The notes: generated by a model not told the origin, from the sequence alone. DNA of 64,000 nucleotides from Ignavibacteriota bacterium (GCA_963727825.1 CAVSHO010000009.1:32001-96000), one strand, 5' to 3'; counted from the first letter of the stretch, positions 1-11,688 are shown. A program made the numbers and translations.

Positions 1-439
1 TAGCCTCGGAACTCATGAACACTGGAATAATGCAACTGATAAAAAATATTCAAGAAATCTTGATCCTGTCAATGGAACTGGCATTGAGTTGATAGAGATA
101 GAAAATATAGCCACCAGTGTTGCGACTCGTGAGAATGGTCCGGAGTATTTCCAAATTTACCAGAACTATCCCAATCCATTTAATCCTAGCACAACAATTG
201 CATATAATTTGCCTGAGAATTCTTCTGTGGAAATCAAAATTTTTGATATACGGGGACGTGAAATAAAATCATTCATTATTGGCGCACAATCTGCAGGGTA
301 TCAGCGAGTTGTGTGGAATGGTACAAATAATATTGGAAATTCAATAGCAAGCGGATTTTATGTCTACAGAGTGAAAGCATCTTCATTAGTAGATGGAAAG
401 ACTTTCGTTAAATCTGCAAAGATGCTACTACTGAAATAG
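1..439 (+). CDS. 3' end of a T9SS-secreted protein, DUF362-like C-terminal motif plus FlgD-Ig/T9SS CTD (partial, begins before window)
   Basis: Frame is open from base 2: SLGTHEHWNNATDKKYSRNL..GTGIEL, which I recall as a DUF362-family tail, then QNYPNPFNP...KMLLLK CTD. Confidence 0.7.
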   Translation, partial: SLGTHEHWNNATDKKYSRNLDPVNGTGIELIEIENIATSVATRENGPEYFQIYQNYPNPFNPSTTIAYNLPENSSVEIKIFDIRGREIKSFIIGAQSAGYQRVVWNGTNNIGNSIASGFYVYRVKASSLVDGKTFVKSAKMLLLK

Positions 440-487
440 GTTATCTAAAACGTTTTTAGCTGCGACATCTGAAAAATTCTTTTTCAT

Positions 488-526
488 TATGATTCTTCTC
501 CTGATACTATCGGGAGAAGAATCATA
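488..526 (+). terminator. Long hairpin, probable intrinsic terminator
   Basis: tatgattcttctcc...ggagaagaatcata inverted repeat followed by a T-rich tract. Confidence 0.6.
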
Positions 527-610
527 GTTGTTTTTCTCTTTGAGTTGTCTACAGTTTGAATTCTACATAAAAATCTTTTCCAAAATTTTATCAAAATAGA
601 GCATGATCAA

Positions 611-2222
611 ATGCGAAAGATAACTATCCTCATAGCTTGTTTTTGTTTTACAATCTTGCACGGCCAGACGTCCAATGTGACCATTCAAACTGTTTCCAAT
701 TACAACCAATGGGGATGGGATACAACAATCGTTATGCAGAACGGCCTAATTACTATGGCGACGGTGCCGGCAATCGGCGGCCGGGTAATGCAGTATGATC
801 TCAACGGAGTTCCGTCTCTCTTTGTGAATTCTGCAGAATTAGGCAACACGTATACACCCGCCAATGATTTCAATTTGCGGAATTTCGGTGGATTCAAAAA
901 TTGGCCTTCTCCTCAGGATGCCTGGAATTGGCCTCCGCCTCCCACACTGGATTATGGCAGGTATGCGGTAACCGATTTTCGACAGTGGAGTGACTCAGTG
1001 AGCCTTACTATTATCAGCCCGATTGAACAGTGGCGCGCTCCGAATATTCAGTTTCAGCGGACCGCAACGATATTTAAAGGTTCCACTTGTGTGCGAATGG
1101 AACAAACTATCATCAACACAGGTACTTCTGTGGCAAATTGGGGAGAGTGGGATATATCGCAGTCGATTGTCCAGCACAATGGAAAAACGGATTATCAAAA
1201 TTTCTGGTCGTACTTTCCGCTTAATCCGAATAGCGTGTACGGTAGCACCGGTGTAAGTCCGCAGGGGCCTAGCGCAGCATGGAAAGGAGAGATCTCTCCT
1301 GGAATCTACGGTGTCCAGTATTACCCGGATGGGCAGAAAATCTATGCGGATCCGTCTGTAGGCTGGCTTGTTTATGCTAATCTTTTAGATTCTATTATTT
1401 CAGTTCGTACATTTCCTGTCTTCGATACCTTGCAATATCCTGACGGTGGCGCTCGTATATCCGTGTGGGTCAATCCCCCAAATCCCGCTTATATGGAAGT
1501 TGAGGTAAAAGGGCCGGTTGTTTCACTTGCGGCAAATGGAGGGAGATATACATTTACAGAAAATTGGTGGGCTGCAAAAGTCAGGGCTCCGATTCTGGAT
1601 GTAGATTCGGTCGGCGCAATCGCCAATAGATTATCCTACAATTCAGCAACGCATTGTTTGTCTGCAATCTATGGTGTATTCTATCAAGGCACAGCAAAGG
1701 TAGCTTTTATTGATGCGCAAGGTCAGCTTTTAAAGGAAGGGCAACCGCATACGGTGTCGCCGCTCATGGAATTTCAGCTTCAGGATACAGTTTCCATCCC
1801 GGATAGTGCGAAGACGATCGAAATCCGAATTTACAATACGAAAGATGAATTGATTGGCGTTCTTGAAAAAAAAAGATATCCCCGCCCTTTTAACTGGAAT
1901 TAAAAATATAACCTCAGCACTGCCTTCGGAATTTTGCCTCGAACCGAATTATCCTAATCCGTTTAATCCTAGCACAACGATTGCATATTCATTACCCGAA
2001 AAATCTTCTGTTGAAGTAATGATTTACGATTTACTCGGACGTGAAATAAAGTCGTTCAAGTTTAATGCTCAATCGGCAGGTTATCAGAGAGTTGCATGGA
2101 ATGGAACAAATAATTGGGGAAATATCGTTTCTTCCGGAATTTACATATACAGGGTAACAGCATCTTCATTGGAAAATGGAAATGTCCTTAATAAATCGGC
2201 GAAGATGATATTGCTAAAGTAA
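611..2222 (+). CDS. Secreted DUF4380-like (mutarotase-like fold) protein with T9SS CTD; +1 frameshift in A9 run at 1866-1874
   Basis: Signal peptide; GGRVMQY and NFGGFKNWPSPQ..WNWPPPP motifs; ORFs 611-1903 and 1854-2222 join as VLEKKDIPALLTG if one A is removed. Confidence 0.7.
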
Positions 2223-2329
2223 TAAACTTCGCTTGAGTGCCGAGCGCTGAAAGCTGATAACAATTATTGGTTAGTTGAATGGATTAGGATTGTTCCGAGT
2301 AAGCTTAGAGTACAGAAATATCTGTCATA

Positions 2330-2509
2330 TCCTTCAATACTCATAATCTGTCGTTACACAATACACTCATTACGCCCCTGTACGGAGATCCATAGAAAGG
2401 ACCTCCGATCGGGACGAAAAGAATTCAATTAGAAATACTATTTCATGAGAACCAATTTCTTAGTGTCAGAAAAATTTCCAGCTTGCAGCCGATAGAAATA
2501 CACGCCGCT
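2330..2509 (-). repeat. About 180 bp near-identical repeat, copy 1 (end of T9SS CTD plus 3' non-coding region)
   Basis: Matches 21763-21941, e.g. tccttcaatactcataatctgtcgttacacaatacactc...ggacctccgatcgggacgaaaagaattcaattagaaatacta. Confidence 0.9.
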
Positions 2510-4282
2510 GCCAAGGTTCTGTGCGTTCAACACAACGGAGTACTGACCAGGGCCCTGCGTTGTATTCACCAGCGTTTGAACTTCTCTGCCTAAGATATCG
2601 AACACCTTGAGCGATACGATCGATGTTTTCGGTATGTTGTACTGGATGGTGGTCGACGGATTAAATGGATTCGGGAAGTTTTGTTCCAATTGATAATGAG
2701 ACGGTAATACGGCAGCCGATGTTTCCACGCCAGTTATTTGCTTACCCATTACAAATTGTGCTAACCATTGGAACGCAGGTCTATATGTACCATCACTATT
2801 AACCAGGTAGGCAGTGGTTACCCATGTTGGAGGTATATATCCCCACAGGGTTATTCCTTTTATTGCCGGATGTCTCCACAGTGGAGGAAAATACTTTTCG
2901 TATTGTTGTAATTGATAGTTATCATCGGGGGTTCCAAAGTCGCTATTATTCCCCATGTCAAATTCAGAAATATATACCGGCAATCCGGTCGCACCAAGCC
3001 TGTCGAGATTATGAATGAGCAGAGTGGTGTCAAAAGGCTGCAACTGACCACTGTGTCCCTGGTCGGCAATACCATCGATGACGCCTCTATCTTTTAATAA
3101 ATTTATTATTTGCAGATATGTGGTCGTGGCTCCAGTATCATTGATAATGTTGTAATCGTTTATCAATAATTTTGCGGTAGCAGGCATGTATTTCCTTGCT
3201 AATTTAAAAGCATTTATTACCCAGTCCCAGCCTGTTGTGCCAGAACCACCTAGAGCTTTAATGTAATTTGCATGACCGTTTTGTCCGTCCGGTGGAGTAT
3301 GTCCGGCAAGAGGTTCATTCACTACATCTACCATGTCAATTTTTGGATATCGTTGTCCTACCATCATAAACCATGTTTGGATCCAATTATATTGTGATGC
3401 TGAGTCAAGACTGGATATCCAGGAAGGCTGCTGAGATCCCCAGATTAAATTATGATGTTTATACACCAGGTGATTGGCGATTGCATAATTATATTGCGCA
3501 TCCAGTACTTTCCAGTTCCATTGCGATGTGTCAGCGGCTGAGCCTGCAACGGATCCCCACTTACCGGCGTTTCCTGGAGTCAGCTGGGTCCAATAGTTAA
3601 TAAAAGTATTTTCGGGAGGCTCGTTAGGTACATTCCCTAAAAATTTATACTGCCCTGCTGCAAGCGCCGGGCCTTTCCATATCTTACTAGAATCCACTGG
3701 ACCCGTAATCACTTCAGTAATTTGCAAATTATCGATATAGATGCTGCGTCCAGTATTTGCTGCATAGCTAAATTGAAAAGTCGCTCTGATTAATGTGTCG
3801 TTGGGAGTAAATTGCATTGTGATGTTGTACCAATTTGTGCTCGAAATAGGGAAGAGTTTTGAATTATATATTATGGCATTATTATTCAAGTCATCTACAC
3901 CTACATTGACTTGCGCACCTCTTTGGCTGGCTTTGACCCAAACAGAATAATTATACGTTGTGCCTGGCTTAACAGGGACCTTCGCTTGAACAGCCTGGAT
4001 GTCCCAAGCAGTCGCATCGGTACCATTGACGGTAACTTCCAAAGCCCGGAGTCCTTCTTCCACATTGAGAGAATCGCTCACAATTTCAAACACGGCCGGC
4101 GGATTAATCCCTGATCCAGATTGAAACCACCATCCGTTAGTTACTGAAACGACGCCCGTGTCAGAACTCTCGAAGCCTCCGTTTGTAACAAGCTGGGCAA
4201 AGACATCTGCGGTAAATCCTACCAGCAGCACCGGCAGTATCACAAACCAACCGGCTATTCCAAGTTTTAATGAATTATTCAT
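2438..4282 (-). CDS. Endo-1,4-beta-xylanase, CBM4/9-like module + GH10 + T9SS CTD
   Basis: TNGGFE CBM start; GH10 motifs TPGNAGKW, HNLIW, DVVNEP (acid/base), YISEFD (nucleophile), GITLWG; ATG at 4282 follows GGAGGA. Confidence 0.92.
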   Translation of the reverse strand: MNNSLKLGIAGWFVILPVLLVGFTADVFAQLVTNGGFESSDTGVVSVTNGWWFQSGSGINPPAVFEIVSDSLNVEEGLRALEVTVNGTDATAWDIQAVQAKVPVKPGTTYNYSVWVKASQRGAQVNVGVDDLNNNAIIYNSKLFPISSTNWYNITMQFTPNDTLIRATFQFSYAANTGRSIYIDNLQITEVITGPVDSSKIWKGPALAAGQYKFLGNVPNEPPENTFINYWTQLTPGNAGKWGSVAGSAADTSQWNWKVLDAQYNYAIANHLVYKHHNLIWGSQQPSWISSLDSASQYNWIQTWFMMVGQRYPKIDMVDVVNEPLAGHTPPDGQNGHANYIKALGGSGTTGWDWVINAFKLARKYMPATAKLLINDYNIINDTGATTTYLQIINLLKDRGVIDGIADQGHSGQLQPFDTTLLIHNLDRLGATGLPVYISEFDMGNNSDFGTPDDNYQLQQYEKYFPPLWRHPAIKGITLWGYIPPTWVTTAYLVNSDGTYRPAFQWLAQFVMGKQITGVETSAAVLPSHYQLEQNFPNPFNPSTTIQYNIPKTSIVSLKVFDILGREVQTLVNTTQGPGQYSVVLNAQNLGSGVYFYRLQAGNFSDTKKLVLMK

Positions 4283-4655
4283 GTGATCCTCCAAAATTAT
4301 AGACTATATTTATTTTAAACCTTCCTTTGAGCAATGTCAACTCTTACCAGCATATAATTGTTCAACAGACACACTGTGGTTATATGTTGTATATGCTCGA
4401 TATATTTCTTCGTACGACTGTTTCTTTCTCACTTACAATTGAGCACCTCATTTACAGTGCCTGAAAGAAAGATATAATCGGCCCAGATACCTACAGCCCG
4501 AGATCTTTCACCGAACTGAAATCGAACTTCGCATAATCCCAAATTATGCATTAGCTTGTAGAGTCCCCGCCTGCGTCGGGCAGGCGATCACCAGATCGGA
4601 AAATGATGTTAACATTGTTTCATCCAGTCGGTGACTGGATTCTACACCAATTCGG

Positions 4656-4847
4656 TTATCGTTCACCTTTCCCATATTCTATCATTTCAATAATATATGC
4701 CCCTCTTTTATTTCTAATGAATGGTTTGGGATAATTATAGCGCTTATATTTCAATGAATCCATTACAGCAGTCGGAATAATTTCGAAACAAAGGATGGAA
4801 ACTGAAAGCAAGAACACCTTCAGATAAAGAATTTTATTTTTGTTCAT
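4656..4847 (-). pseudogene. N-terminal remnant of a spermidine-synthase-like membrane protein
   Basis: FLLSVSILCFEIIPT resembles LVVSAVVICFEIIST of 7597-9942, sits in the same position after a SurA-like gene, and similarity stops after about 26 codons. Confidence 0.6.
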
Positions 4848-4975
4848 TTTTCGAAATATTGGCCCGATAAGGTTAAGCTTAAAAAACCGATTGGGAAGAT
4901 TGAGAGAACATTAGAAGCATAAACCAGCGTTTCATCATCTCCAATAAATCGCAAGAAAGCTGACCATTCCATATA

Positions 4976-6752
4976 TTAATGCTGCTTGATTCCGATAGAC
5001 GCAAGATTCTGATTTAGAACATCCTTATAGACTATTACGGAATATTTTATCTTAAGCCGCTCTCCAACAGATTGAGTGATTTTATTTCTGTAATAATCCG
5101 TAAAATCATCTGCAATGGTTTTTTTTGCCTCATCATACGTTAATTGTTTCTCTTCTCTTGTTACTATACATTTGATGAGCGCGTATTGAACTCCTTTTGC
5201 CGTATCGTAATATTCGATCGGCCCGGCAGTTTCGTTTAATTTTAATTTAAAAGCGGCTTCACTCAAATAAGGCGGTTCATCTCCTCCTAAATATGTCCTT
5301 AGAATACCGTCGCGGCCTCGAATGTAAGTTTTTACCAATATTGTTGGGGCGAGATTTTCAAATCTAATATTCTGCTCAAGCTTATGTTTCGCTTCATTGA
5401 TAACGGTTTTGCTCGAATCTATAATTGCATAAATATTTACTTTTGCCAATTGATAATATAACGAATCTCTATTAGCCTCATAAAATTCTTTCAGCGTTTT
5501 CTCGGTGACTGCAGGAATTCGTTCTTCAATTTCATGGCGATTATAGAGCTTAATAATTCTAGATCTTAAAACAGGATTCGTTGTTTCAGGATTAAGGACA
5601 TTTTTCTCAAGATTCAATTTGTAGGCTTTGTTTACAATCATATCGGTTCGCAAAGCTTCCAGGATATAATCTTTTACATCTTTTTCAGTCACTGCCATTT
5701 TCTTTCCCCACATCAAAATGTCATCCAGCAGGCGAAGATATTCTTTAAGATCGACTTTCCCTTTAGAATACTTCAGAATAAGAAAATTATTCCCCTGGGA
5801 AATTGCATGGCGCAAAGTATCCGAATAATAGCTTAGATAGAAACCAGGAATATTCGACCATCGTGCAATCTGTTGTAATGCTTTTTTATTCCAGTTTAAT
5901 GTTTTTTCATCAATGGGATTTTTCTTGGCTTGTTCAAACTGCCGCAGGCTGAAATCCCCGTAGTCGTTCATCAAGAGTTTTTCGAATATCTTCCTTTACT
6001 TTTTCAAACGGAGGTATATCTGCTTTAATAATGTTAACGACTTTGGTAATACGGATCGAGCCCTTATACTCTATTATTCGTTCCTCATTAACCGGAAGAT
6101 GAAAAATCGTGTAATATATATGGCTCATGAGACTTGCTCTCCAATTCAGAGGCTGCATCAAATCGCCCGGACGCGTTGAATCGATCTCATGGGAGTATTG
6201 TCTTGCTAATTCATCGAAATCTGCGCCATTGTGCAATTTTGTCATAATACTATTTGCAAGGGATTTCAATGAATCCAAATGTTTTCGCGATGCATTTTGC
6301 AGTTTTAGAAGAACAATTTGCTTATAGACGACTTCCTTACCCATTTCCCTATATGCATTTTTTATGGAGTCTTCGTTGACATATCTATCATAAAATTTGG
6401 TATTGTAATATCGAATAACCAATTCTTCACTAATTGGGCGTTTAATGCTCTGTATTAATTCTGCGTTTTCATTTAATCCCAAGGTAAAAAAATCAATCAA
6501 TTTTAACTGGTTAACAATCTTATCATCCAGGGCTTCATAAAAATTCTTTGCCGGGTCATTCACATGCCTGTACGCATAAAAGTTATCGCGCCAATATTCC
6601 TGTAACTCGGTAAAACTAATTGTATGGCTACCTGCCATTTTAACTATAATATTCTGCTGAGATGTGTCTTGCGCATCGCACTGAACAAAGACTATAACAG
6701 CCATAAGCATCTGAAGAGAAAGAATTGAAAAGCGCTGCAATCTCCGTGTCAT
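4976..6752 (-). CDS. SurA/PpiC-type peptidylprolyl isomerase-like chaperone, copy 2; +1 frameshift near 5962
   Basis: Signal peptide; GADFDELARQYS parvulin motif; collinear similarity to 9945-11688 (KVDLKEYLRLL, YQLAKVNIYA, AGPIEY). Confidence 0.75.
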
Positions 6753-6832
6753 AAGTAGAAATCCATAATTATTAATTTCAATGAAATAGATTCGGCTTTA
6801 ATGGAGGTGAAATGTACAAAAACAATTATAAA

Positions 6833-6869
6833 CATAAAACCCTGATAAATTATTATCAGGATTTTTATG
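6833..6869 (-). terminator. Intrinsic terminator-like hairpin
   Basis: cctgataa...ttatcagg flanked by A/T tracts, just downstream of the stop at 6898. Confidence 0.55.
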
Positions 6870-6897
6870 AAAAACTTAAATAAGATATAACTGCATC

Positions 6898-7515
6898 TTA
6901 TTTCACAAGTGTTTTCTTCTTCATCTGTGTAAAGTCGCCGCCGGTCAATCTATAGAAATACACTCCAGAGGCCAATCTTGTCGCATCGAATTGGACCTTG
7001 TATGAACCCACTGCAGTGAATCCATTTACCAACGTCGCAATTTCTTGTTCAAGAATATCAAATACTTTCAAGCTGACATTTGAGGATTCGGCGAGAGAGA
7101 AGGAGATTGTCGTGGTCGGGTTAAACGGATTCGTGTAAATTTGGTTGAGGCTGAATTCACTAAGTACCACATTATGTGTTCGCTCTACGGCAGGAAGATC
7201 TGAACCGTTATCCAAAGCCTTTTGAATTGCCGCATATTCAGCAGTTCTTTTTGCAAGCCACGCAACTTTTTGAGTCGGGAACCAGTTCAAATTACCAACA
7301 GGGAAACCATTTTCACCATCTGTCAATAATGTTGCATTAGTGTATGAAAGGTCAACCGGAATTGGCAAGTCAAATAGACATAGTTGGCTGCGCCGGTATT
7401 GTCTAAACGCCAATCCGGTAATACAGCTGTACCGGAAGTATCAACTATGGAAACAGAACATTTCTATAAAGCTGCACTGTAAGCAGATCTTTGGAACTCT
7501 TAAATTGGGGATTAT
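6898..7515 (-). pseudogene. Truncated, frameshifted C-terminal remnant of the TBDR-partner T9SS protein
   Basis: DLPIPVDLSYTNATLLT..FPVGNLNWFPTQ matches 11938-13708; upstream pieces KDLLTVQL and IVDTSGTAVLPDWR lie in other frames; CTD motif degenerate (QIYTNPFNP); no N-terminal half. Confidence 0.75.
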
Positions 7516-7596
7516 TATTTTTTGGAAAGCTCATTTAATGAAAGACGATCTTTATCGGCAAAAATATGCTTGATTATACCTTTGGATATTTTCATA

Positions 7597-9942
7597 CTAG
7601 TTCTGTTTACTGGTAGCAGAACCCGAACTCAAAAAAATAAAGATGATTAAATACATACTTAATCCGACAAAAAAGCTTGAAGTAAAACCAAAAGTCATGG
7701 ATAGGATAACTGCCAATACCGAACCGAGAACGGTAAAAATCCCATTCACTCCATACATCCATGGTATATATTTTACCAAATTGTTCTGCTTTAGCATTTG
7801 TATCCCGGTCGGGAAAGGAATACCAAGTAAAAAACCGAACGGCGACAGTAAAACAAAACAAACAATCGCTCGAATAACCAACCCATATGCCAGTAATTCA
7901 TTTAGAATGGATGGATGGATGACAAACAGGAGCACGCCGGCAACTACTATTAAACCTGAAATATGTTTCAAACGTTTTACAACATCCTGTGAATATATTT
8001 GTCCTCCGAAAAAGCTTCCGGCTCCCATTCCAACCAGCAGAGAGCCAAGCAAAATGGATAAAGCAATCGTCGGTGAGCCAAGATAAAGAATGAATTTTTG
8101 GAATAGCGATATTTCCAAAATCATAAATCCGATGCCAATGCAAATGAAAACTAAGAGAGGAAGAAACACCTTATCTTTCTCTTTGTCCTTTTTATTTTTT
8201 TTCAATTTTGATTTTATCTTCCTAAAAGGGACTATTACCGACAATAAGGCAACCACCGCTGTTGCGGCTAGAAGGTTCACAAAGTCACCGGGCACACCTT
8301 TATCTACCTTATAAAAAAATGGGCTGTCATCGCGAACAGGAGATATATCAGAGCTATTTCTGGTTATTATGTCTCCGAGAGAGTGTTGCCCATTTTTAAT
8401 AACCTGTAACAGAATATTTTCAGTTTCATTGTTAACAGGATTATTGAGAAAAGGGAGATATGTTACCCGAGGAAAATCGGCAGGTAAAGACTTTGCAACT
8501 TTTTCTATAGCTTTTATTTCATCAACCGTATAAGCAGATTTTTTAATTACGATTGTTGGCGCATAATCGCTGCCCAAAATTATAAAGTGATTCGGCACAT
8601 CGGAATTATCAATCCCGTTTTCTTTAAAAGCATATAAAGTCGTAATAATAAGTCTAACAAGTTCCCATCTGTTGTGTAAAGTAAAAATTAGCTGACCGTT
8701 TTGAGTTAAATTATTTAAGTAATCCTTTATCGCTTCCACTGTTAGAAGAAAATTCTCATTGGAAGCAAGCCCGTCAATATTCTGCAGCTGTTTGGTTGAA
8801 GGAAGGGCCAGGACAATGATATTGTAATGCTGCCGGGTGCTTTTTATGAAATGGCGGCCTTCAGCCACTTCGATTTTCACACTTGGAAAATTTGTATAAA
8901 TACCTCCGTTAAAGTCACTGTATTTTTTTACTATCTCTACAAAATCCGGGTTCACTTCCACACCGGTAATTTTTTGAACCCCTCCAAGAATTCCTGTAAG
9001 AATTTCTCCCCCGCCGCCAGGACCTATAACCAGCATATTTTCACTTTCTTCTTTAGTCAGAAAAAGAAAAGGAATTGCCGTTGAATGGTGCAGCAAAATC
9101 TTATTAAGAAGTGTATCATGGCGTGCAATGTTCCCATTGAACTTGTACATTTGGGACCCTGCCGCGCCGTCGATGAAAAGATCTTTAATAATATTTTGGT
9201 TGTTATATTCGACTAAATCCGATCTTCCATTTATGCTCCACCTGCTATCGATGATATTGGGATTTATATTTGGATCGTCATAGGTATAATAAATGTCCTT
9301 TTCAGGAAAGTTTCCAATCGGAATTTTCCCTAATAACTCCCTTTTCCCAAAAACTGTCAACACAATAGCCAAACTGATAAGAGCTAGATACAGCAAAATT
9401 TGTTTTTTCTTTTCAACATTCAAATAATTAATTGATGAAATAAATAGAACAAGAGCCAAAAATAGAACGGCATTTGCAGCATTGAATAAATTGAAAACGT
9501 AAATTGATAAGACAGACCCTAATGCTGCGCCAATGAGATCCGAAGCATAAATTCTAAAACCGGCACTTGCATAATTGCTAAAGAACTCAGCGTATACGAT
9601 TCCAGCAAAAAAGAAGGGGAAAAAAAGGAAGGAAAAATAAATGTACGGGTTAGTTATGGATACGATAATTTCCAGTACGATAAATAATATAAGTGAAATA
9701 CCTGAAAGGAAGATGAACTTGCCGAATATTTGGGGACCTTTGGTTGACCCCTCTTCAGGTTTTATTTTGTAATAGGAATAAATTCCGCCGCTTCCCAGCC
9801 CCAAAATAGCCAGGGACAAAATTATAAAAGCATAATTTTGAACAAATATTAAGGAAGAAATTCTTGTGGATATTATTTCAAAGCAAATAACAACTGCTGA
9901 GACTACAAGAATATTGAGATTTACGCCTTTAGCATTGTTCAT
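7597..9942 (-). CDS. Spermidine-synthase-like membrane protein (TM domain, class I SAM-binding fold, TM domain)
   Basis: MLVIGPGGGGEI, GVEVNP and EGRHFI motifs between two hydrophobic multi-helix blocks. Confidence 0.75.
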   Translation of the reverse strand: MNNAKGVNLNILVVSAVVICFEIISTRISSLIFVQNYAFIILSLAILGLGSGGIYSYYKIKPEEGSTKGPQIFGKFIFLSGISLILFIVLEIIVSITNPYIYFSFLFFPFFFAGIVYAEFFSNYASAGFRIYASDLIGAALGSVLSIYVFNLFNAANAVLFLALVLFISSINYLNVEKKKQILLYLALISLAIVLTVFGKRELLGKIPIGNFPEKDIYYTYDDPNINPNIIDSRWSINGRSDLVEYNNQNIIKDLFIDGAAGSQMYKFNGNIARHDTLLNKILLHHSTAIPFLFLTKEESENMLVIGPGGGGEILTGILGGVQKITGVEVNPDFVEIVKKYSDFNGGIYTNFPSVKIEVAEGRHFIKSTRQHYNIIVLALPSTKQLQNIDGLASNENFLLTVEAIKDYLNNLTQNGQLIFTLHNRWELVRLIITTLYAFKENGIDNSDVPNHFIILGSDYAPTIVIKKSAYTVDEIKAIEKVAKSLPADFPRVTYLPFLNNPVNNETENILLQVIKNGQHSLGDIITRNSSDISPVRDDSPFFYKVDKGVPGDFVNLLAATAVVALLSVIVPFRKIKSKLKKNKKDKEKDKVFLPLLVFICIGIGFMILEISLFQKFILYLGSPTIALSILLGSLLVGMGAGSFFGGQIYSQDVVKRLKHISGLIVVAGVLLFVIHPSILNELLAYGLVIRAIVCFVLLSPFGFLLGIPFPTGIQMLKQNNLVKYIPWMYGVNGIFTVLGSVLAVILSMTFGFTSSFFVGLSMYLIIFIFLSSGSATSKQN

Positions 9943-9944
9943 CT

Positions 9945-11688
9945 CTATTTGGAAGCGATTGCATTGGATAGAACGTTTTCAAATATTTTCACCCTGTATT
10001 TTGTCTTTAACCTTGCATCGACCTCATCCGAAATTTGTTGGCGGTAATAATTTTTGAACTCTTCTTCTATTATATTACCTTTAACGTCGTCATAAGTAAG
10101 CTGCTTTTCCGGTTCGATCTGAAAACATTTAATAACAGCAAACTGTTTCCCATTCTGTAGAATCGTCATATTCAATCGGTCCGGCGGATTCGTTTAAGCT
10201 CAATGTAAATGCAGCCTTTGCCAGGTAGTCTCCGCCTGGAGTCCTATAAGCTTTAAGCGACCCATCGCGTTCACGAATAAATACTTTATCCCACCAGGTA
10301 TGTGAGACCTTTTCAAATGGAGTTCCTTTTCTAATTTCATTTATATCTGCAGCGGCCTTTGCGCTATCCGAATAGATCCTTGCATAGATGTACACTTTCT
10401 TTAACTGATAAAATATTGGGTCTTTATGATCTTCATAGAATTTATGTAATGCTTCCGGTGTCGCTTTTGGTATACTTCCTTCAATAACTGCTTGATTGTA
10501 TAAATATATAAGCCTGTCTTCTATAGCGAGGTTTTGCGTATACGGTTCTAATAATTTTTTCTCCAAGCCAAGTTTCTTTGCGGCCATAATAACGTTGTTA
10601 TCGTACATAATCTCTAAAATAAAATCTTTGACACTGACAGAGTTTAGCGTAGTATTGGGATTCAAAATTACGACTTCTTCCAGCAGCCGGAGATATTCCT
10701 TTAAATCAACTTTACTATTATTGTATGAAAGTATCTCAAAATTATTACCATTCGAAATTGCATGTTGAATAGTATCTTTATAAGCACCGCCATAGAAGCG
10801 GTCATCCTCGGTCGACCATTTCGCAATTTGGTCTAATCCGGTTTGATTCCACTTTATCGAGCTCTTATCAATAAGTCCATGCTTAAAGTTTTCGTACGCC
10901 TTATTATATTCCTCATAGTATCCCTTCTTAAGTTGTGACATTATCTCAGTTTTCATTTTTTTAAACGGTTTCAATTTTATTTTTTTAATGTCCAGAACCT
11001 TTACTATGTGAAATCCGTCCATAGATTCTATAACTCGGGTAAATCCTTTTTTAAGTCTAAAAATGACATTTGCAACTGGGTCAATCATTGTTTCTGACCA
11101 GGTCACTTTCCTTTTAGCATTTAGGTTAAAACTATTTAACGAATAAGACTTTGCGAGACTCTCGATATCATAATTCTTGCTAAGACCGGTTTCTATTCCT
11201 AATGCAATTGTTTTTAGTGAGTCAAGCTTCTCTTTTGTCGGATGTGCGGGAAACGGCAATGTTATATCATTACATATAAGTTCCTTATCCATTTCTTTAT
11301 AAGCTTCGGCTGCCCTTCTTTCATTAACATACTTTTCCACAAAACTTTTATCAAAGAAACTGCTCAATAATTCATTATTAATATTACGACGTATTTTCCC
11401 CATCAAATCTTGATTCTCATCTAATCTTCTATCAAAAAAATCAAAAAGTTGTAATCGATATTTTATCAGATCTTTCAATGCGTTTTTGTAAATATCGGAT
11501 TTGACACGGAACCTATTCTGGTACTTCCAGTCAGCTATATATTGCCTCAGGTCCTTTAGAGTTACCAAATAATTGTTATCTATCTTAGCCACTACTTCAT
11601 TATCGCCAATTATATTTGGTTTGTCTTGCGCATGGCCAACAAATGCAGAAAATAATATGAATAAAAACAGGCATTTTATTAATTTCAT
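9945..11688 (-). CDS. SurA/PpiC-type peptidylprolyl isomerase-like chaperone, copy 1; +1 frameshift near 10157
   Basis: Signal peptide, VVAKID SurA-like N-terminus, IESMDGFHIVKV parvulin motif; ORFs 10129-11715 and 9945-10175 join; ATG at 11688 follows GGAG. Confidence 0.75.

Noticed and set aside
4330-4640. Possible gene remnant upstream of the xylanase (WDYAKFDFSSVKDLGL on the minus strand)
   Set aside because: Too short and interrupted to assign
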